Source of the DNA: Tetramitus jugosus
Taxonomy: Eukaryota > Protista > Heterolobosea
Reading direction: 5' to 3'
NCBI GenBank assembly: GCA_937625935.1
Contig: OW569379.1
Location: 1-64,000, forward strand
DNA: 64,000 nucleotides
Notes under the pieces: model-generated
Database searches by the model: none
What the model was told of the DNA's origin: nothing
What the model saw: the letters and a program-made list of their open reading frames with translations, nothing else
Shown here: one piece after another, positions 57,539-64,000 of the stretch
How positions within the stretch are numbered: position 1 is the stretch's first letter
Layout of the letters: each line of letters begins with the position of its first letter
Program-made: the position numbers and the translations under genes

Positions 57539-59416
57539 ATGCTCAAAGTTCATCGTGCAAGTCTCTTGCAATTGCATCGCTCTACCACCATTCTCAACAA
57601 TACTACTACTACTCTTTCATTACCTCTCTTGACTACCTCTCCATTTATTCACCACACTTTTTCAACCACTCATCACCATCCTCGCTATGAACAAAAACAA
57701 CAACAACAACACCAAAGAAAACAAAGATCATCATTTTCATCATCAGCGTCATCATCACCAAACAGAAATTCACGAACCAACAATTTCAACAACAACAACA
57801 ACAAAAAACATCAAAACCATCACCAAAAACATCACCAACAGTTCAATGAACAACATCAACATCATCAAAAACAACAGTTCAATGAACAACAAGATGACCA
57901 TTCACTAGATTGGCGCTCCAAAATCCGAAATCAACTCCTCAACAACACCAATAATAATAACAACAAGAATAAAAAGACAAAAAAAAACAACAAAAAATCA
58001 TCAGAGTCCAATAGTCAAACCATTCAATCATTGCTCAAGAGAGAAAAATTCGCAGAAGCTTTTCAACTCATTCAACAACACGTCAACACGTCCAATAGCT
58101 TTGAATTGACCAATGAAATGTTGGATGAGTTGATTCTGGGTCTAAAAAACAACAATTGTTTGGATGAATTGAGTCAATTGTTGTTGGAGTATGGTCATGC
58201 ATTGCAAGTGATTCAAATTACGAGGATTATGACTGCTCTGATGAAGAATGATCGAGTTTCGGAAGCTCTTGAATCATTGAATCGATTGATTGCTTACAAT
58301 CGGAGAAATTTGAGTGAAGGCGGAGAAATAGCGGTGAAACTGGATGCATTTGTGTATAGTGTATTGATTACTGGGTTGATGAAGCGTGGTGAGTGCGAAA
58401 AAGCTGCGTCACTGTTTCGCGAAATGGACCGTAATGTGCAATTCACCGGTGTCAAAGCGACGACGGAGATTTACAATTCGGTGATTCATGGATTGGCAAA
58501 AAATCACGCGCACAGTCAATCTCTAGAGTTTTACAATGAGATGCGGGAGAGGGGAATTGAACCAAACTCGTACACGTTTGCCATCATGATTGACGTGTAT
58601 TGTGAGATGGGTGCTCGCTACTTGAATGATGCAATCAACATGTTTCAGAGCTCGTTCACAGAGGAGAATAATCATGCGTTCGATGTGTTTGTGTTCACTG
58701 CTCTGACCAATGCACTGGGTAAGCACAGAGCAGTAGACGGTTTGGAACGAGTGTTGTTGATTGTGCAGGAGGGAAAGGTTGAGATGGACAATGTAGCGAT
58801 TACTTGTCTCGTGAATGCCTACATTCGATGCAATCGAATCGATCGAGCGAGAGAAGTGTTTGATCTCATGGATCAACCCACACTCAAATCGATCAACACA
58901 CTATTGAACGGATTTGTCAAGTTTGGTATGGTTGAACAAGCGGTGCGCATGATTCAGGAGATGCCGACCAAGTATTCCATTGAGCCCGATGTTTTCTCAT
59001 ACAGTTCAGTCATTGTCGGATTGATGAACACGAACAATATAGAACGAGCGGACATGCTGTACCGTGTCATGCTGTCCTCTGACAATGAAGCACTGAGACC
59101 TTCTGCTTATATTCACTGCACCATGATCAATGGCTATTTCCAACATCATGATGTTGTGAAGGCCACGCAGACCTATCAATTGGCACTTGCTCAAAAGGTT
59201 GTTGATGTGCCAATCTATTGTGCGTATATATTTGGTCTCATTGATCATGACAGGGTACGCGAGGCAGAACTTGTGCTCCAAAAAATGCAACGAGAAGTTC
59301 CAAGTAAACAGTTGGAGCAGAGAGTACTCTTGCAAATTCAACAGAGGATTATGGATAAGAAGAGAGGAAGAACTAACGGTGCACCTCAAAATCGAAGAGT
59401 CTACAATCGCCAATAA
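57539..59416 (+). CDS. Mitochondrial pentatricopeptide-repeat protein
   Basis: 35-aa PPR units (YNSVIHGLAK...M..RGIEPNSYTFAIMIDVYC; PDVFSYSSVIVG). Presequence-like N-terminus and N/Q/H-rich linker. Confidence 0.92.
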   Translation: MLKVHRASLLQLHRSTTILNNTTTTLSLPLLTTSPFIHHTFSTTHHHPRYEQKQQQQHQRKQRSSFSSSASSSPNRNSRTNNFNNNNNKKHQNHHQKHHQQFNEQHQHHQKQQFNEQQDDHSLDWRSKIRNQLLNNTNNNNNKNKKTKKNNKKSSESNSQTIQSLLKREKFAEAFQLIQQHVNTSNSFELTNEMLDELILGLKNNNCLDELSQLLLEYGHALQVIQITRIMTALMKNDRVSEALESLNRLIAYNRRNLSEGGEIAVKLDAFVYSVLITGLMKRGECEKAASLFREMDRNVQFTGVKATTEIYNSVIHGLAKNHAHSQSLEFYNEMRERGIEPNSYTFAIMIDVYCEMGARYLNDAINMFQSSFTEENNHAFDVFVFTALTNALGKHRAVDGLERVLLIVQEGKVEMDNVAITCLVNAYIRCNRIDRAREVFDLMDQPTLKSINTLLNGFVKFGMVEQAVRMIQEMPTKYSIEPDVFSYSSVIVGLMNTNNIERADMLYRVMLSSDNEALRPSAYIHCTMINGYFQHHDVVKATQTYQLALAQKVVDVPIYCAYIFGLIDHDRVREAELVLQKMQREVPSKQLEQRVLLQIQQRIMDKKRGRTNGAPQNRRVYNRQ

Positions 59417-59464
59417 ATTAAGGTTACAAGATGATGAGAAACCTTCCTGAAGAAGATAGAATAT

Positions 59465-60120
59465 TTATTTAATAGTGAATTCTTCATCTTTGTTTCTTGT
59501 GGATATCTGATTAATCAGCTCTATTTGTGACTTTGATTTGGTCAAAGGCAGGATGAATAGTGACATATGCCTTTCCTTCGATTTTCATATTCGGATCACA
59601 ACCATGATCGTCTTCCAATTTGGCTTTAGCAATGATATCCAACGTAGCATCGATCATGGAATACTTCATTTAACAAGAAATGATTGAACCTGTCATCTAG
59701 GCCAGCAATATTGTGGGGGGCATCACTGATAACTTCAAAAGAGTGTCTGCAACTTTATCATCTGGTATTAAACCTTGATTCAGATCTGTACTTCTAGCCA
59801 CCTACATTGTGCATTACTTGTACAAGCATTTTGAACAAGTGTTTCTCAATTGCTGCCCTACTCATTTGTTCGGATTCCTTTGCTGTCCAATCATGGATAC
59901 CGTGGAAACTATGAGGCAACTGCTGAAAAGCAACTGGCATATGGCTCTTCTTGGATTCAAAGAGACAGTCCTATCGACTGTCTGAGAGAACACTGACAGC
60001 TCAATGTGGCCCTGTTTAGACGGGCATTAAGATGAGATTGTTTCGAGCTTGCCAGTACTTGTTTTGAAAAGGTTGGACCACCAAACCATGGCTGCCATGC
60101 ACAAATTCTGGAACACTATG
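59465..60120 (-). pseudogene. Decayed ORF relic of unknown family
   Basis: Short protein-like frames separated by stops and frameshifts, e.g. MPVAFQQLPHSFHGIHDWTAKESEQM...; EVFPMIDATLDIIAKAKLEDD... Confidence 0.35.
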
Positions 60121-60292
60121 TGGTAACTACAGTTGTTTCACATCAGAGGAAGATCGGAGAAACTTCTTTCGTTGATGTTCAATCAGTACGTCGAACAAAA
60201 AATTTCACACATGCACAAAAAAAACTTGAAAAAAACACAACATTTCATTTTCAACACATCAAACCAACCAAACACAATAGACTGTCTAAACA

Positions 60293-62329
60293 ATGTTCAC
60301 AGCCAAACAAAAGAAACCCAACAATAAGAAGAAGAACAACAACAAAAATGTCAACAACAGTGACAAGAAACAACAACCTCCACAACAACAAATGACTGAA
60401 AAACGACTCAAAAAATTGGAAAGTATCGAAGTCTCATTGACTGACTTTTTGTTTGGTAATCAAACCATTGTTGAAGTCAACAAGGACCAAATTCTAAACG
60501 CCTCTGCCGTTCAACCACCAAACAAAAAACGAACTCGATCGGAGTCTCTCCATTCCTCCGACTCCGACTCCGACAGTGAAAAGGAAGAAACGAAAGAAGA
60601 AGAAGAAAACATTGAACAATTGGATGACAATGATTTATTCATGATTGATAAACCATCTCTATCCAATGAAGAAACTGAAGAAGCATCCAACAACAACGAC
60701 AATAACAATGAAAAAATTCCAGTCAAAATTTTTGTTCCGTTGAAACCAGTTTGGAACGATGCATTTACGGATCAAATTTATATTCATGTCGATTCTGCAT
60801 CTTCAGCGAATGTTGATGGTGGTGATGACGAGTATGATTATGAAGATTTGAAGGAAAATGCAAGAGCAAGTATCATGGATCACAACAAGTCTATTATGCA
60901 ATCTTACTTGTCAAGAAATATTTCCATTACCAAGGATGCTTCTGATGCATCAGCAGAAACTGGAGAGGATAATGATGAAAATTTGATTACTGGTACACAG
61001 TATGAATCAAGAATGAGACAATTGTATCAAAAGATTCACAAGACTCCAAAATGGGCCAAACTGGAGACTGAACGAGTAACTGTTGAAGAGTCAGAAGACA
61101 GAATTGTCATTCAAGAGAAGCTAAAGGACAGTAGTGCTTCTGCTGTGAATGATTCCACGTTTGCCAATGATTCTACTGATCGAGCATTTGATCAATCAAG
61201 GCACATTACAAAGGGACAATTGGATTTCAATCAGTGTGTCGATGCCAATGAACAAGAGAGACCAAGTGATGTGTTGAGTGTGAGATTCCATCCACATTCT
61301 GATTTGTTGGCTGCACTGGGATCCGATCGCACCGTTCGTCTCTTCCAAGTGGCAGACAAGCAAAAGAGCGTGTTGGTGGATCGATTTGTGGCATCGGACG
61401 ACAGTGATAAAGCAGTGAACAATAAGCGCAGAAAGAAGAAGAGAAGAGATGTGAGTGCAAGCTACACCAATGGTGGTGCTTCAGTGAACGGAATGGAGTT
61501 TACTGCAGATGGTATGGAAATGATTATGACATCGCCAAACACGAGACTATTCTTTGTGTGTGATATGAGAACAGGTGAAAGTCACATTGTGTCCAATCTC
61601 GTTCACAGAATCGGTGGTGTCAATCAGGGATCAAAGAGAGGCAGAACGATACAGGTGGAAGATTCATTGTTGCCCATGATTCGATGCTCTTCCAACAATG
61701 AGTTGATTGCTATCGCAAGTGCCAACAATTGCATTGAACTGTTGTCTCGTGAGAGCAAGTTTAGTGTGGGACAATTGATGATGAGCGATCCTGTTCGAGG
61801 TTTCGATTTCTCTAGCGACTCATTGACACTCTATGCCGCAACAAAGAGCGGAAAGGTGTACTTGTGGGATATTAGACAACAGAGACCAAGACACGTGTTC
61901 CAGGACGAAGGCTCCATCGATACCACATGCATCAGTATCTTTGACTCCACTGCCAAGAGCAGAATTGCCTGTGGATCAAGCAACGGTGTTGTCAATATGT
62001 ACGATTTGGATCACGTGCAAACGGCTCGGGACCCTAAGCCACTCAAATCACTCATGAACTTGACAACATCTGTTACCAGAGCTCAGTTCAGTCGCGATGG
62101 AAAGTTGCTCTGTATTGCTTCCAAAGATAAGGCCAATGCAGTCAAGATGGTGCATGTGGAATCCATGTCTGTCTATTCTCATTTCCCTTATCAACCATCA
62201 GCCAATACATCCCACCAAATGACAGTCAACGATTTCCACTTCAACTCGGGAAGTCAATACCTGGCAATGTCCACTGGCACGCGAGTACGATTGTTCCAAT
62301 TCCCATACTATGCTCAAAACAGTCTCTAA
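60293..62329 (+). CDS. UTP18: U3 snoRNP WD40 protein UTP18
   Basis: KPVWND, YESRMRQLY...PKWA, SVRFHP, FQDEGS, ACGSSNGVVNMYD, KPLKSLMNLTT and VKMVH..SMSVYSHFP motifs. Confidence 0.9.
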   Translation: MFTAKQKKPNNKKKNNNKNVNNSDKKQQPPQQQMTEKRLKKLESIEVSLTDFLFGNQTIVEVNKDQILNASAVQPPNKKRTRSESLHSSDSDSDSEKEETKEEEENIEQLDDNDLFMIDKPSLSNEETEEASNNNDNNNEKIPVKIFVPLKPVWNDAFTDQIYIHVDSASSANVDGGDDEYDYEDLKENARASIMDHNKSIMQSYLSRNISITKDASDASAETGEDNDENLITGTQYESRMRQLYQKIHKTPKWAKLETERVTVEESEDRIVIQEKLKDSSASAVNDSTFANDSTDRAFDQSRHITKGQLDFNQCVDANEQERPSDVLSVRFHPHSDLLAALGSDRTVRLFQVADKQKSVLVDRFVASDDSDKAVNNKRRKKKRRDVSASYTNGGASVNGMEFTADGMEMIMTSPNTRLFFVCDMRTGESHIVSNLVHRIGGVNQGSKRGRTIQVEDSLLPMIRCSSNNELIAIASANNCIELLSRESKFSVGQLMMSDPVRGFDFSSDSLTLYAATKSGKVYLWDIRQQRPRHVFQDEGSIDTTCISIFDSTAKSRIACGSSNGVVNMYDLDHVQTARDPKPLKSLMNLTTSVTRAQFSRDGKLLCIASKDKANAVKMVHVESMSVYSHFPYQPSANTSHQMTVNDFHFNSGSQYLAMSTGTRVRLFQFPYYAQNSL

Positions 62330-62397
62330 CCTATTACATAAACTAGATTCTATTCAACACACGAATCAATCTTTCAGTAAGCTTACTCTCAAATTTA

Positions 62398-63726
62398 TTA
62401 TGGTGAAGGGATAACAATCTTCTTCATGATCGTTGTCGTTCCATACAATCTAACGTCCCTGCCAAACCATACATAATTCTTTTCAATGAACTCCAGTCTT
62501 GCATCCTTGTGGTATCTGAGTATTCTTTTACCTTCATTCGCTATTCTAAAGTATGAATGTTGTGGCGTGTCATTTAACACAATAGAGCGGTCAATCAGAG
62601 AAGATGTCATTGGACGGAACGATGTTTGTTGCATGTACCAGTCATCTCTGGGAGGCAACAATGGACTCTGGCCTGATTTTTTCGCCATATCCTTGTATCT
62701 CACAAACGATAGACTATACAGACCAGTGATCTGCGATGTAGAGTGCACTTTGGATGGATCACTCTTGTGCACTCTGTTCACAGTGACCTGAATAGGCACA
62801 TTAAAAGTCATGTTCGATACACGCAAAAATGGCATGGATCCGCTCTTTTCAAGCGCCAAACCCACATTTTGTCTCACCGATGCATCCACTAAATAATCAA
62901 TTCGACAAGACAAGTCACACTGCTTCAATAGCTCAATAAACTCAGAGTTCAAACCAGAGGTTGTTTGACCAGTATTCAAATTGACCCACTGCACTGTATA
63001 CTTGGTCTCTAGATCCTTGTTCTCCTCTTGCTCTGCTGCTGCTGCTGTTGCATCATTTGCCGCCACTGATAAAAATTCGCGCTCAATTTTTCGTAAAGTT
63101 GAGCGGTCGTTTCTTAAATCTCCGACGGCCTTCAGCACATGAGACCGAAAAACAGAGGGCATTGATTTTTCGAGCTCTGGTTCCCACTCGCGCAAATCAT
63201 GCTCAGCTCTCACAATGCACTGCGCATGAAAGTACGTCATGAACGATTCGTACGTTGCCAAAACAACTAGAAACGTCATGGCATTCCTCAATGAGAAGAA
63301 TCTTGTTTTTTTCTTCTTGATTGGTTGTTCTTGTTGTTGATTTGTTCGATTGTAATCATCTTGTCCATGGTCACCATCATCATGATTTCGTTGTTCTTGT
63401 GGTTGAGTCTTGTTTATGTCATCTCTTTGAGATGATGATGATGATGAAGGTTCATCTCTCAGTATAAAATTTTCAATTCCGTCTGGTCTGACCTGCTGTG
63501 ATGATGATGATGATGGTTGTTGTTGCAGTTGTTGTGGAGATGGTGACAATTGAGTCAAATTTTGATGAAATTGTTGTTGTTTGATTGTGGAAGAAGAAGA
63601 AGAGAACACGAGTGATGATGAGATCAAGTTGTTGTTGTTGTTGTGAAAGTGCTGCTTGCAGAGAGTAGGTCGGCCTACTTTGGTGGCAAGTGAGGATGCC
63701 AATGATGTTGCTTTGATGATGATCAT
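62398..63726 (-). CDS. Probable mitochondrial single-TM protein of unknown function
   Basis: Presequence-like N-terminus, Q/S/N low complexity, KKKK followed by one TM segment, then a globular domain. Confidence 0.7.
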   Translation of the reverse strand: MIIIKATSLASSLATKVGRPTLCKQHFHNNNNNLISSSLVFSSSSSTIKQQQFHQNLTQLSPSPQQLQQQPSSSSSQQVRPDGIENFILRDEPSSSSSSQRDDINKTQPQEQRNHDDGDHGQDDYNRTNQQQEQPIKKKKTRFFSLRNAMTFLVVLATYESFMTYFHAQCIVRAEHDLREWEPELEKSMPSVFRSHVLKAVGDLRNDRSTLRKIEREFLSVAANDATAAAAEQEENKDLETKYTVQWVNLNTGQTTSGLNSEFIELLKQCDLSCRIDYLVDASVRQNVGLALEKSGSMPFLRVSNMTFNVPIQVTVNRVHKSDPSKVHSTSQITGLYSLSFVRYKDMAKKSGQSPLLPPRDDWYMQQTSFRPMTSSLIDRSIVLNDTPQHSYFRIANEGKRILRYHKDARLEFIEKNYVWFGRDVRLYGTTTIMKKIVIPSP

Positions 63727-63785
63727 GTTTTTTGTTGTTTCGTGTTTTGTTGATCTTGAGGACTAAAAATAAGCACGCGATCCAG

Positions 63786-64000
63786 TTAATTTAACCGCAA
63801 AAGAATGACACGAAGATATTGATCAAGACCACTTCTGTTTATTAGAATGAAAATGGGATCACAACTCGGAATAGAGCGTAATCCCACGAGCCACTTTGTG
63901 ACTCTGAACTGTGAGGCAGTTACAAATAGCAAGATCTTAGTCTCCTTTTTGTAATCAAAGTTTGCTCCTGTGAGAACCTTATCAATATGGGATGTGGTTT
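63786..64000 (-). CDS. 3' end of a possible gene running off the window edge
   Basis: Open frame of about 70 codons from the edge (TTSHIDKVLTGANFDYKKETK...LLRLN*). Confidence 0.4.
   Translation of the reverse strand, partial: TTSHIDKVLTGANFDYKKETKILLFVTASQFRVTKWLVGLRSIPSCDPIFILINRSGLDQYLRVILLRLN

Noticed and set aside
57690-58000. CAA/AAC microsatellite-like tracts (also near 25330-25830, 60300 and 63330-63650)
   Set aside because: They encode N/Q/S/T low-complexity protein segments that are common in such protists. Not a separate element.
1-64000. Ciliate-type or other alternative genetic code, suggested by the TTTGGG telomere
   Set aside because: Conserved genes terminate at TAA (CUL3, RPL37A), TAG (DIM1, ARPC1) and TGA (ABCC, DAO), and long CDS contain no internal stops once introns are removed.
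1-64000. CRISPR arrays, operons or prokaryotic defence systems
   Set aside because: No repeat-spacer structure was seen. The sequence is eukaryotic, with spliceosomal introns.
1-64000. tRNA, rRNA or selenoprotein genes; U12-type or non-canonical introns
   Set aside because: No cloverleaf or rRNA-like segment was recognised by eye, no in-frame TGA occurs in a conserved gene, and all reconstructed introns are GT-AG with ordinary donors.

Overview
This is the left end of a compact, intron-poor eukaryotic (protist) nuclear chromosome that uses the standard genetic code. It opens with about 810 bp of (CCCAAA)n/(TTTGGG)n telomere that abuts coding-like DNA directly. A roughly 10 kb accessory subtelomeric zone follows: an orphan ORF, a small membrane protein, an RCC1-EGF receptor kinase, a U-box/pentapeptide protein, decayed ORF relics and a secreted 41-aa-repeat protein. 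After that comes a dense run of about 25 genes: an ABCC transporter, MED7, KATNIP, an MBOAT, RFC3, CUL3, ARPC1, DIM1, D-amino acid oxidase, a ceramidase, NDUFB10, MALSU1, RPL37A, EFCAB2, acyl-CoA oxidase, a PPR protein, UTP18 and others. Short GT-AG introns (42-235 nt) were reconstructed by hand. Arp2/3 together with flagellar genes and the EGF/RCC1 receptor-kinase architectures suggests a heterolobosean-like amoeboflagellate (inference). I found no unambiguous multi-gene novel system. The best leads are the buffer-less TTTGGG telomere junction, a secreted helical-repeat protein I do not recognise, a membrane-anchored zeta/beta-like carbonic anhydrase, an orphan protein with a prokaryote-like enzyme domain, a prenylated R2K/Cdc123-like ligase, recurrent short locally copied DNA patches in decaying genes, and a recurrent TTCTCCG promoter motif. 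All family calls come from motif recognition; no database searches were run.
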